Below, piece after piece: positions 1 through 9,033 of a stretch of 36,177 bases of DNA. Below the pieces are notes generated by a model. The model saw only the letters and a list, made by a program, of their open reading frames with translations. It was not told where the DNA came from and made no database searches. A program made the position numbers and the translations under genes. Each line of letters starts with the position of its first letter. Within the stretch, counting starts at the first letter, position 1. Location: the NCBI GenBank assembly GCA_964022245.1, contig CAXICH010000001.1:1-36177 (forward strand), in the 5' to 3' direction. This stretch comes from an uncultured Alphaproteobacteria bacterium (GTDB lineage Bacteria; Pseudomonadota; Alphaproteobacteria; Caulobacterales; Caulobacteraceae).

Positions 1-1866
1 CCGGGCGTTGCCGACCGTGATGCTGCCGAGGGTGAAGTCACCGCCCGGCACGCCGGTGTCGCAGTTGCAGTAGATGTTGAACAGGTCAGCCAGGGCGTTC
101 AGGTCGGGAATGACCCAGGTGGACGCATTGCCGCTGGGTCCGAATCCGTTTCCGAAGCCGGTCAGCAGGGTCGAGATGTCGGCGACCGTCACCCCCGGCG
201 GCAGGGCCGGGACGACCGTCTCGTCGGTGCGACGGAACTCATAGGATTCGGACGAGAAGGTCTTCCAGTTAACGCCGGTCCGGAAGGTCACGAACGGCGT
301 GACGTCGAACTCCAGATCCGCCTGGAGGGACTCGAAAATGGTGTCCACGCCCTGGGGCCGGATGCGGATTTCGGAACGCGGCACGCTGGACCCGATGGCC
401 CGCCACTCCCACGCCGCCGGATCAGCGACATTGAAGCCATAGTCGATCAGCGGCGTATTGGGGTTGCCGCGGAAATCGAACGAATAGCCCTGGGTGTTCT
501 GACGATCGATGGTGACGGTCGTCTGGAACGGGTTCTCGTAGTTCGACTCGGCGCGGCCGGCGAAGAAGCGGCCGCGGACGGTGTCGGAGAAGTCGTGCTC
601 GAGGGTGAAGCCGACCTGGAGGAACTGGGTCTCCAGTTGGTCGAAACGGGCTTCGGTCCGCACATCGATATTGTCGAACAGGCCATAGACCAGGGTGTTG
701 TTCTCGACCACGGCGTCGCGGACGATGATCTGGGTCTGGCCGCCCGCGCCGGCGTTGCGGCTGAACGACAGTGACTCGAGGAAATTCTCCTCGCGCGTCG
801 CATCCAGCTGGGAAAAGAGGACATCGACACTGATCGTCGTCGAGTCCGCCGGCCGCCATTGCAGCGATCCCGTCAGGCCCAGACGCTCCTGATGATGGGT
901 CAGCCGGCCATAGCGCGGCAGGCGCGGGATGAAGACATTGGCCTGGTTGGCGGTCTCATAGGCGGTGACATTGCCGGGCGTATTGGTCGGACGCGGAATC
1001 CCCGTCGCGCAGTTGGCGGCGTTGGATCCGTTGGAACCGCTGTTGCCGGGGTTCTGGGGCGTATAGCCGAAGGGCGAGCAGAAGCCGCCCGAGCTGCCGG
1101 AGCCGACGGCCGGGGCCCAGCGCACCGAGCTGAAGCCTTCCTCGAAGGAGTCCTTTTCGCTGTAGGCCACCGACAGGAGGGCACCGAACTGGTCGCGATC
1201 CCCGAAGGTGTTACTGACCAGAAACGCCGCGCGCGGGTTCCAGTTTTCGGACAGGTCGTTGTATCCGGCCTGCATCGAGAAGGCCATGCGCTGGCCGCGG
1301 TAGTCGAACGGGCGTGCCGTCTGGAGATCGATGGTGGCGCCGAGCGAGCCTTCTTCGGTCTCGGCTGCGGCCGTCTTGCGCACCTTGATCGAGTTGAAGA
1401 GCTCGGAGGCAAAGACGTTGAAGTCGAAGCCGCGACCGCGGTTAGCACCGCCCGAGGAGTCGGTGCCGCCGGTGGTGGCCTGGGCCTCCATGCCGTTGAT
1501 GCGGGTGCGGGTGAAGTCGGAGCTCAGCCCCCGGACGGTCAGCTGGCGGCCCTCGCCCGCGTCGCGGTCGATCGAGACGCCCGGGATACGCTGGATGGCT
1601 TCGGCCAGGTTGGTGTCCGGGAAGTCAGCGATGTCCTCGGCCAGGATGACGTCAACGATGCCGGCCTCGTTGCGCTTGACGTCAAGGGCGGCGGCGAGGC
1701 TGCCCCGATAACCGGTGACGATGATCTCATCGACCTCGGTCTCGGGTTCGCCCGCGTCCTGTGCGGCGACACCCCCGACGCCGAGACACAGCGCAAGCGC
1801 CAGACCCGATCCACCGGCGAACAGATAGTGGCGCAGGGACGCGCCTGATTTTTGAACGTGCATCAT
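1..1866 (-). CDS. TonB-dependent receptor (carbohydrate-uptake type), N-terminal part; runs off the window start
   Basis: Manual translation of an open minus frame from ATG at 1866 (SD GGAGGAGG upstream): MMHVQKSG... signal peptide, TonB box EVDEIIVTG, plug motifs DIADFPDTNLAEAIQRIPGVSI, GEGRQLTVRGL, FDFNVFASELF, EEGSLGATIDLQT. No stop before position 1. Confidence 0.95.
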   Translation of the reverse strand, partial: MMHVQKSGASLRHYLFAGGSGLALALCLGVGGVAAQDAGEPETEVDEIIVTGYRGSLAAALDVKRNEAGIVDVILAEDIADFPDTNLAEAIQRIPGVSIDRDAGEGRQLTVRGLSSDFTRTRINGMEAQATTGGTDSSGGANRGRGFDFNVFASELFNSIKVRKTAAAETEEGSLGATIDLQTARPFDYRGQRMAFSMQAGYNDLSENWNPRAAFLVSNTFGDRDQFGALLSVAYSEKDSFEEGFSSVRWAPAVGSGSSGGFCSPFGYTPQNPGNSGSNGSNAANCATGIPRPTNTPGNVTAYETANQANVFIPRLPRYGRLTHHQERLGLTGSLQWRPADSTTISVDVLFSQLDATREENFLESLSFSRNAGAGGQTQIIVRDAVVENNTLVYGLFDNIDVRTEARFDQLETQFLQVGFTLEHDFSDTVRGRFFAGRAESNYENPFQTTVTIDRQNTQGYSFDFRGNPNTPLIDYGFNVADPAAWEWRAIGSSVPRSEIRIRPQGVDTIFESLQADLEFDVTPFVTFRTGVNWKTFSSESYEFRRTDETVVPALPPGVTVADISTLLTGFGNGFGPSGNASTWVIPDLNALADLFNIYCNCDTGVPGGDFTLGSITVGNAR

Positions 1867-1948
1867 ATGCCTCCTCCCAAGGACATACAGGACGCCGGAG
1901 GTTGGCCCCGGTCGATCTTTTATTGAGGCTCAATCCCGAGCCTTGTTT

Positions 1949-1962
1949 TGACACCGGTGTCA
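1949..1962. promoter_or_regulatory. LacI-type operator, perfect palindrome TGACACCGGTGTCA
   Basis: Perfect 14-bp palindrome with central CG in the divergent receptor/pectate lyase intergenic region; related copies at 1983, 4243 and 10469. Confidence 0.8.
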
Positions 1963-1982
1963 TGTCTAGATGCAACAATGAA

Positions 1983-1996
1983 TGACACCGGTATCA
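1983..1996. promoter_or_regulatory. LacI-type operator copy TGACACCGGTATCA
   Basis: 13/14 match to the site at 1949, 34 bp downstream of it and just before the pectate lyase start. Confidence 0.75.
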
Positions 1997-2013
1997 ATGG
2001 CGAGCGTAACCCG

Positions 2014-3441
2014 ATGAACATCGAAATGGCAAGCCCCAAGTCGCAGGCCGTTCCACGCTCCGGCATCAGGGCCGCTGCTGCGGCAGGGCTGGTCCTCGCA
2101 GTCCTCCTGTGCAGCGCGCAGATGCCCACCGGTCGGGCCTTTGCCCAGGAGGTGCCAGCCCCGGTGCTGGCCTTTCCGGGAGCGGAGGGGGCCGGACGAT
2201 ATGCTGTGGGCGGGCGCGGCGGACGTGTGCTGCGGGTCACACAGACAGGTGATTCCGGGCCCGGCAGTCTGCGGGCGGCGATCGAGGCCGACGGCCCCCG
2301 GACCATTGTCTTCGACACCGGGGGCGTGATCCGTCTGGCGAGTCCGCTGGTCATTCGGCGAGGGCGGGTGACGCTGGCCGGACAGACCGCGCCGGGTGGA
2401 GGAGTCACCGTGATCGGTCAGCCGCTGATCATCTCGGCCGATGATGTGATCATCCGTCACATCCGCTCGCGACTGGGAGCCGAGACCCTGGTCGAGGCAG
2501 ACGCCATTTCGGTCGAGCGGGGACGCCGGATCATTCTGGATCATGTGTCGGCCTCATGGTCGGTGGACGAGACCCTGTCGGTTGGCAGCCGTTACGACCC
2601 GCCCGGGCGCGGCATCTATGACGTCACGGTCCAGAACTCGGTGATCGCCGAATCGCTGAACGCTTCGGCCCACGCCAAGGGGGATCACGGCTATGGTTCG
2701 CTGGTGCGCGGCGGATATGGCGCCCGGATCAGCTTCATCGGCAATCTGTGGGCCAGCCACCGGGCGCGGATGCCGAGACCCGGCAACTACAACCCCCCTG
2801 AGGTCGACCCGGAAGGGCCCTATTTCGAGTTCCGGGGCAATGTCTTCTACAACTGGGGCGGCGGACATGCGGGCTATAATGCCGACACAGACAGCGTCTC
2901 GACCTATGCCTTTGTCGGCAACGCCTATCTGTCCGGACCGGACTCGACCGGCGGCTGGGCGTTCGAGGACTCCGATCCGCTGGCCGTCGCCTAGTTCGAG
3001 GCCAACCGCATGGACGGTGCCCTGCCCGAGGACCCGTGGAATCTGGTGAAGGACGACGGCGGTCCCGGAACACGGCTGACCGCGCGACCGGACTGGGCGG
3101 GGCCTCCGCCGGAGGACCCTGAGGCCTGGCAGGATCGGGTGCTGTCGACGGCCGGCGCCTCCCTGCCCCGCGACGCCGTGGATACCCGGATCGTCGCAGG
3201 CGTGAGGGATCGATCGGGACGGATCATCGACAGCCCCGACGCCGTCGGCGGCCTGGGCGAGATCGATTCAGGTGTGCCGTGGGTCGATGGTGACGGCGAC
3301 GGCCTGCCCGACGACTGGGAGACCGCGCACGGGTCCGACCCTGCGAACCCCACCGATGGGGCAACCGATCCGGATGGAGATGGGCATACCCTGCTGGAAG
3401 ACTGGCTGAACGCCCGGGCGGCCGGCTGGGACGGCTGCTAG
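2014..3441 (+). pseudogene. PL1-family pectate lyase with C-terminal Ca-binding (DxDGDG) repeats, interrupted by an in-frame TAG at 2992-2994
   Basis: Motifs LAFPGAEGAG..GGRGG, GPGSLRAAI, IILDHVSASWSVDE and RMPR. ORFs 1948..2994 and 3010..3441 share a frame and are separated only by TAG (PLAVA*FEANRMDG). The downstream part has PRDAVDTRI and DGDGDGLPDDWE...DPDGDGHTLLEDWLN. Start uncertain (2014 or 2026). Confidence 0.85.
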
Positions 3442-4196
3442 CGCGCCATCCAGCCGCCGTCGACGGTCAGGATGGTGCCGTGGACATAGGCTGAGGCGTC
3501 CGAGGCAAGGAACACCGCCGCGCCGGCAAGGTCGGACGGATCGCCCCAACGCCCGGCCGGAATGCGGGCGAGGATGTCGCGATTGCGACCCTCGTCGGCC
3601 CTGAGGGCCTCGGTGTTGTTGGTAGCGAAATAGCCGGGCGCGATACCGTTGACGTTGATCCCCTTCGCCGCCCATTCGCAGGCCAGCAGCCGGGTCAGGC
3701 CCGCAAGGCCGCTCTTCGAGGCCGTATAGGACGGCACACGAATCCCGCCCTGGAAGCTCAGCATCGAGCAGATGTTGAGGATCTTGCCGCCTCGCCCGCC
3801 CTCGACCCAGGTGCGGGCCACGGCTTGGCTGAGGAAGAAGGCAGTCTTGAGGTTTGTGTCGATGACCGCGTCCCAGTCCGCTTCCGAGAAGTCGAGGCTG
3901 TCGGCCCGACGGATGATGCCGGCATTGTTGACCAGAATGTCGATGTCGCCGACCGCGTCGCGGGCCTGGGCCACTACATCGGCGATCGGCGCTGTGGTCG
4001 ACAGGTCGGCAGGGATGGCGTGCAGCGCCCGACCCCGCTCGGCGACCTTCTCTGCCGTTTCGGTCGGCGCCGAGCGGCCCACGGCGACGATGTCGGCCCC
4101 CGCCCCCGCCAGTCCCACGGCAATGGCCTGACCCAGTCCAGTATTGGCCCCGGTGACGAGGGCAGTGCGGCCGGAGAGATCGAACGACGGGGTCAT
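3438..4196 (-). CDS. kduD: 2-dehydro-3-deoxy-D-gluconate 5-dehydrogenase (SDR)
   Basis: TGANTGLG, NNAGIIRR, SMLSFQGGIRVPSYTASKSG, ILARIPAGRWG and DGGWMAR are KduD signatures; SD GGAGG upstream. Confidence 0.93.
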   Translation of the reverse strand: MTPSFDLSGRTALVTGANTGLGQAIAVGLAGAGADIVAVGRSAPTETAEKVAERGRALHAIPADLSTTAPIADVVAQARDAVGDIDILVNNAGIIRRADSLDFSEADWDAVIDTNLKTAFFLSQAVARTWVEGGRGGKILNICSMLSFQGGIRVPSYTASKSGLAGLTRLLACEWAAKGINVNGIAPGYFATNNTEALRADEGRNRDILARIPAGRWGDPSDLAGAAVFLASDASAYVHGTILTVDGGWMAR

Positions 4197-4242
4197 GCAG
4201 GCAGGCCTCCGGGTGGGTTGTCACAGGCAGATTGAAGGCATA

Positions 4243-4256
4243 GGTAACCGGTGTCA
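4243..4256. promoter_or_regulatory. LacI-type operator copy (reverse complement TGACACCGGTTACC)
   Basis: GGTAACCGGTGTCA in the divergent kduD/isomerase intergenic region. Confidence 0.75.
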
Positions 4257-4373
4257 TAGCTCCATGCAAACGATGGGACGGCGATGCCGTCATATCGTCG
4301 ACATTCCCGACCCTGAAAGCCGGACATCCGGATACGCCCTTCGCCCTGCCCGCCCGCGACCTTGAGGACTCCC

Positions 4374-5015
4374 ATGAAAATCGCCCTGATCATCGAGAAC
4401 AGCCAGGCCGCCAAGAGCGAGATCGTCCACTCGGCCCTGACCGCCGTGGCCGAGCCTCTTGGCCACAAGGTGCACCACTATGGCATGTATACGCCCGAGG
4501 ATAAGGCCTCGCTGACCTATGTGATGAACGGCCTGCTGACCGGCATCCTGCTGAACTCGGGCGCGGCGGATTTCGTCGTCACGGGCTGCGGCACGGGGAT
4601 GGGCTCGATGCTGGCCTGCAACGCCATGCCGGGCGTCTTCTGTGGTCTGGTGATCGACCCGACCGACGCCTTCCTGTTCGGCCAGATCAATGACGGCAAC
4701 GCCATCTCCATGCCCTATGCCAAGGGCTTTGGCTGGGCCGCCGAGCTGAACCTGCAGGATTGTTATCGCAAGCTGTTCGAGGGCGAGCGCGGCCTGGGCT
4801 ATCCCAAGGAACGGGCCCAGATCATGGCCACCAACCGCGGCATCCTCAAGGATCTGAAGGCCGTCACCTGCCACGACATGCTGACGGTCCTGAAGGCCGT
4901 CGATCCGGACCTGCTGAAGGCCGCCGTCGCCGGCGAAAAGTTCCAGGAGCTGTTCTTCGCCAATGCCACGGACGAAGGCATCGAGGAGTACATCCGGGGC
5001 GTGGTCGGGGGCTGA
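4374..5015 (+). CDS. RpiB/LacA/LacB-family isomerase with C-terminal extension; DhuI-like 4-deoxy-L-threo-5-hexosulose-uronate ketol-isomerase
   Basis: MKIALIIENSQAAK, DFVVTGCGTGMG, AKGFGWAAELNL and GLGYPKER motifs; SD GAGGA before ATG 4374; divergent from kduD. Confidence 0.85.
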   Translation: MKIALIIENSQAAKSEIVHSALTAVAEPLGHKVHHYGMYTPEDKASLTYVMNGLLTGILLNSGAADFVVTGCGTGMGSMLACNAMPGVFCGLVIDPTDAFLFGQINDGNAISMPYAKGFGWAAELNLQDCYRKLFEGERGLGYPKERAQIMATNRGILKDLKAVTCHDMLTVLKAVDPDLLKAAVAGEKFQELFFANATDEGIEEYIRGVVGG

Positions 5016-5019
5016 CGGC

Positions 5020-5730
5020 TCAGGCCTCGGACGACGCCTCACGCTTTGCCGGCGCCAGCTTGCGGGCCCGTCTGCGGGCGCGCCAGTAGGTGAGGGGCGT
5101 GGCCAGGGTGCGCAGGATCGAGAACATGAAGGCGAGGCCATAGATGCGGATGCCGACGAGAAAGGCGTCGCCGCTCGGCGTGGCCGGCGTCAGGGGCTGG
5201 TCGAGGATCGCCCGGGTGACCGGGGCGAGGTCGTCCGGGCCGAGGAAGAACAGGAAATAGCCGATCGATCCGGCGATCCCCTCGCGGATGAAGACCGTGA
5301 TGGCCTCCATCGTGCCGAGCGGGCCGACCAGGGTTTCCTGCACGGCAAGCGGCGCCCAGGCGTAGCTGGCGCCCAGCAGGGCGAAGATGACGAGGAACAT
5401 GACCAGCCGCGCCGCATAGGCGCCGGACAGGAGGGCCACCGTCTGGCCGGGGCGCAGGCGCTGAATCAGGGAGGCGCGCTTCAGGTCCTCATCGTCCACG
5501 GCCGGGATCAGGTCCGGGAAGGTGGTCGACAGGATCGAGATGAATTTGCCGATCAGGTCAGCCAGCACGATGGCCAGCACCAGAAGGAACAGCAGCGAAG
5601 CGGCCGAGGGCTCCCTGACCAGCAGATTGACGGTACTGGACACGCCCAGCACGGCGACGATCGCCAGCAGCACGATCGACACGACCGAGCCCTCGATGAT
5701 CCGTCGGACAAGCTTCAACAGTCCCAGCAT
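5020..5730 (-). CDS. Hypothetical integral membrane protein (4-5 TM)
   Basis: Several long hydrophobic segments and a basic C-terminal tail; SD GGAGGGAG before ATG 5730; host-like codon usage. Confidence 0.7.
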   Translation of the reverse strand: MLGLLKLVRRIIEGSVVSIVLLAIVAVLGVSSTVNLLVREPSAASLLFLLVLAIVLADLIGKFISILSTTFPDLIPAVDDEDLKRASLIQRLRPGQTVALLSGAYAARLVMFLVIFALLGASYAWAPLAVQETLVGPLGTMEAITVFIREGIAGSIGYFLFFLGPDDLAPVTRAILDQPLTPATPSGDAFLVGIRIYGLAFMFSILRTLATPLTYWRARRRARKLAPAKREASSEA

Positions 5731-5815
5731 GGCGGCTCCCTCCCCCTCTGGATCAGGGAAGCCTAGCACACGACCTGTTGCCCGGCGGTCTCACCCCGTG
5801 AGGGGAGCGGTCGGG

Positions 5816-7837
5816 TCATGGCGCGACCGGCAGGTGTTCGGCGAGGAAGGTCTCCATGGCCTGCATGACGGCGATCTCTTCGCGGCGCTCCCAGTCCGAG
5901 TGACCGGCCTCTTCAAGGATCAGCAGCTCGACGTCGGCGCCGGCGCGGCGAAGGGCACGGTCCATGTCGCGGGACTGGGCCACCGGCACGACGTCATCGC
6001 GCTCGCCGTGGATCAGCAGCACCGGCGTGGTCCACCCTTCGACGAGACGAACCGGCGAGACAGCCTCGAGCGCCGCGCGGTGCTCGCGGGGGTCGCCGAT
6101 GGACCGCACCCAGTATTCATAGCGATCCGTGTCATCGCCGGCCTCCCGGCGCTCCCAGTTCATCATGTCGACCAGATCGGACGGCCCCGCGATCGCGATG
6201 GCGCAGCGGTAGAGGTCGGGCCGGGTCGCTGGTCCCATCAGGGCGGCATAGCCGCCATAGCTTGCCCCGACGATGCAGATGCGGTCCGGGTCCGCGAGCC
6301 CCTGATCGATCAGGTGCTGGACGGCCGCGGTGACGTCGTCCTGCATCAGCCCGCCCCACTGACGATAGCCGGCCTCGGCGAAATTGCGCCCCTGACCGCT
6401 GGAGCCGCGGAAATTGGGCTGCAGCACCTGATAGCCCCGGCTGGCAAAGAACTGCGTCCAGGTATCCCACTTCAGGTGATCGCTGGTCTCAGGTCCGCCA
6501 TGCGGCATGACGATCAGCGGCGGCTTGTCGCCGTCGTTGGTGCCCGACGGCTGGGTCAGATAGGCGGTCAGGGCCAGCCCGTCGGTCGCGGCATAGTCGA
6601 TCCGGCGCATCTGGCCGAGGCGGCCCTCCGGCAGGCCGGGGAAGACAGACCCCACCAGCTCCATCTTCAGGGCGTCGAGATCGAAGAGGTAATACTGTCC
6701 GGCATTTGCAGGAGAACTGGCCCAGATCAGCCATTTGTCCCCCGCTTCCGATTGGGACACGACCGACGCACTGAAGCCCGCCCCGAAGAAGCGGCGGATG
6801 CCCGCCATCACCCGCTCCTGATCGGGGTCGACGAAGTCGCACCGGTAGACGTCAGCCCAGTAGCACCCCGCCGCCAGACCAGAGCCGTCTCCGTCCAGCA
6901 CGATATCGGCCACGTCATAGGTGCCGTGCCGCCAGATGGCCGGGCCCATGGTCCGGGTGGCGAAATCAAACACGTGGACACCATACGTATCTTCAGGCGC
7001 GCCCTCCTCGGGCCGAACTGCAACGTAGATCTGGGAGGGCTGATCCGTCGGCCCGAGGAACCGGAAGCGCGGAAAATCGCGGATCTCGTCGCGGTGCAGA
7101 CGGAAGGTCTCGGTCCAGCCACCGTCGGCGTCCCGCGCCTGCATGACCAGCACCCTGCCCCGGATGCCTCGGTAGACGAGTCGCCCGACCACCTGGCCCC
7201 GTTCATCGGTCAGATAGCTGATGACGCGGGGGTCGCCTTCGACGACCAGCTCTGATTCTCCCGACCGGACGTCCACGCGCGCGACATTGAGGTCGCCCGA
7301 CGCGTCCATGTGGGTGATCAGGATGTGACCCGGCTGGTCGGGCAGGATGTCGAGCAGGTCGCCCGGTCGGCCGGCGCGGGCCAACGGGCCCTCCAGACGG
7401 CGGATGTCGCCACCGTCCCGCGGAATGGCGAGCAGGGACCTGCCATAGTTGGCGGTACGGATCGCGCCATCGGCATCGCCCCGGTAGCGGGTCACCTCGA
7501 GCCGGGTCGCGCCCATTATCAGAAGGTCGTCGCCCTTCCATTCAACCCATTCGATATAGACCCCGCCAAAGCGCTCGCGGGCCTGGGATCCGAACAGGGC
7601 ACTGGTTTCACCGGTGACGAGATCGCGGACGGCCAGATTGGCCGTGCTGTCATCCTGGGCAACATAAGCGAGATAGCGTCCGGACGGTGACAGGCTGACG
7701 TGAGCCAGTGCCGGGCGACGGGCGAACTCGTCGACGGGCAAGACCTGAGCAGTCGCAGGGACGGCCCCCGCCAGTACAGTCAGCGCGGCAAACATCCCCC
7801 CGAGGAATTCGCCGATACGCGTCAGCAGATGTTTCAT
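5816..7837 (-). CDS. S9-family (prolyl oligopeptidase/acylaminoacyl peptidase) alpha/beta hydrolase, exported
   Basis: Signal peptide ending ATA-Q, LSPSGRYLA, PLIVMPHGGP, QPNFRGSSG, nucleophile GASYGG, HGERDDVV, EEAGHS; SD GGAG before ATG 7837. Confidence 0.9.
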   Translation of the reverse strand: MKHLLTRIGEFLGGMFAALTVLAGAVPATAQVLPVDEFARRPALAHVSLSPSGRYLAYVAQDDSTANLAVRDLVTGETSALFGSQARERFGGVYIEWVEWKGDDLLIMGATRLEVTRYRGDADGAIRTANYGRSLLAIPRDGGDIRRLEGPLARAGRPGDLLDILPDQPGHILITHMDASGDLNVARVDVRSGESELVVEGDPRVISYLTDERGQVVGRLVYRGIRGRVLVMQARDADGGWTETFRLHRDEIRDFPRFRFLGPTDQPSQIYVAVRPEEGAPEDTYGVHVFDFATRTMGPAIWRHGTYDVADIVLDGDGSGLAAGCYWADVYRCDFVDPDQERVMAGIRRFFGAGFSASVVSQSEAGDKWLIWASSPANAGQYYLFDLDALKMELVGSVFPGLPEGRLGQMRRIDYAATDGLALTAYLTQPSGTNDGDKPPLIVMPHGGPETSDHLKWDTWTQFFASRGYQVLQPNFRGSSGQGRNFAEAGYRQWGGLMQDDVTAAVQHLIDQGLADPDRICIVGASYGGYAALMGPATRPDLYRCAIAIAGPSDLVDMMNWERREAGDDTDRYEYWVRSIGDPREHRAALEAVSPVRLVEGWTTPVLLIHGERDDVVPVAQSRDMDRALRRAGADVELLILEEAGHSDWERREEIAVMQAMETFLAEHLPVAP

Positions 7838-7911
7838 GACTGTCTCCCCCGCCCCTCCCAAGCACCCGGGGCGCGCGAAGACTAACAACCGGGGAGCGGA
7901 ACCGGAACCTC

Positions 7912-8958
7912 TCAGCCGCCCGGCAGCGGCGCGGTGGAGTCGCGGACGACCAGCGAAGGGCGGACCTCGGGCTGGGTGAGGGTGGCCGCGTCCAGACCGC
8001 GGATCGAGGCGGTCAGCTTTTCGGCCGCCATGCGGCCCATGTCGCGGATCGGCAGGCGGACGGTGGTCAGGTTCGGCCAGACGCGCGAGGCCATGGGCAG
8101 GTCGTCAAAGCCGCAGATCGACAGGTCGAACGGGACGTCGAGGCCCGCGTCGCGCGCAGCCTTCATCACGCCGATGGCCATTTCGTCGTTGCCGGCGAAG
8201 ATCGCAGTGGGGCGGTCAGCCATGGAGAGCAGGTCCCGGGCCGCCTCGACGCCGGACTCGAAGGTATAGGCGCCGACGCGGACATAGGCGGGGTCCAGCG
8301 TCAGCCCATGCTCGGCCAGCCCCTCGGCAAAGCCCCTGCCCCGCTCGTGCGAGGAGCGGAAGCTGTCGGGGCCCGAGATGAAGGCGATGCGGCGGTGGCC
8401 CAGTCCGGCCAGATGGCGGGCCGCCTCGGCGGCGCCCGAACTGTCGTTGGTCACGACCATGTGCCGGGGCTCGTCCAGCGACACGGAGGCGATGCGGACA
8501 TAGGGGCACTCGGCCTCCTTGAGGATGGCGATGACGCGCTCATCCTCGGACACGGAGGGCGGCATGACCACGCCGAACAGCTTCTGTCGGACGATGAAGC
8601 CGCGGACATCGGACAGAAAGGTCTCGCTGGCGCGGTTGCAGGGGTGGACCACCAGCTCAAGCCCGGCGCCCCGCACGGCGTCCAGCACGCCCTGCTGCAT
8701 GTTGACCACATAGTTGGGGCTGGGGTTGTCGTAGATCATGCCGACGAGGAAGGACCGGCGGAAGGCGAGGCCCCGCGCCTGGGGGTCGGGGGCAAAGCCG
8801 GATTCGGCAATGACCTTTTGCACCTTTTCACGCGTCTCGGCCCGCAGCAGGGGCGAGTTGTTGATGACGCGCGAGACTGTCTTTTTGGACACTCCGGCCA
8901 GCCGCGCGACATCATTGATGGTCACGGGCTTGCCGCCTGTCCGCCTGTTATCCGTCAC
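7912..8958 (-). CDS. LacI-family transcriptional regulator
   Basis: HTH TINDVARLAGVSKKTVSRVIN, hinge ARGLA, PTAIFAGNDEMAIG, DLSICGFDD, LTTVRLP. Confidence 0.95.
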   Translation of the reverse strand: MTDNRRTGGKPVTINDVARLAGVSKKTVSRVINNSPLLRAETREKVQKVIAESGFAPDPQARGLAFRRSFLVGMIYDNPSPNYVVNMQQGVLDAVRGAGLELVVHPCNRASETFLSDVRGFIVRQKLFGVVMPPSVSEDERVIAILKEAECPYVRIASVSLDEPRHMVVTNDSSGAAEAARHLAGLGHRRIAFISGPDSFRSSHERGRGFAEGLAEHGLTLDPAYVRVGAYTFESGVEAARDLLSMADRPTAIFAGNDEMAIGVMKAARDAGLDVPFDLSICGFDDLPMASRVWPNLTTVRLPIRDMGRMAAEKLTASIRGLDAATLTQPEVRPSLVVRDSTAPLPGG

Positions 8959-9033
8959 GCCTGAAGTCCTGCTGAGATGGGACGTTCCTGATAGGCCAAT
9001 TCGGCGCGGCCTGCATACCGGCGTTCAGGCGGC

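Noticed and set aside
1922-1934. Short inverted repeat ATTGAG-G-CTCAAT upstream of the TonB-dependent receptor
   Set aside because: Single short occurrence, not seen at the other promoters.
2992-2994. TAG reassignment or pyrrolysine readthrough
   Set aside because: kduD, vanZ and the aminotransferase end at TAG at their expected C-termini, and no pyl genes are present.
3438-3441. Shared CTAG serving as the stop for two convergent genes (also 18731-18734)
   Set aside because: A common 4-bp convergent overlap; no additional function is evident.
9013-9026. GCATACCGGCGTTC upstream of lacI as a fifth operator
   Set aside because: Only about 9/14 match; likely by chance in GC-rich DNA.
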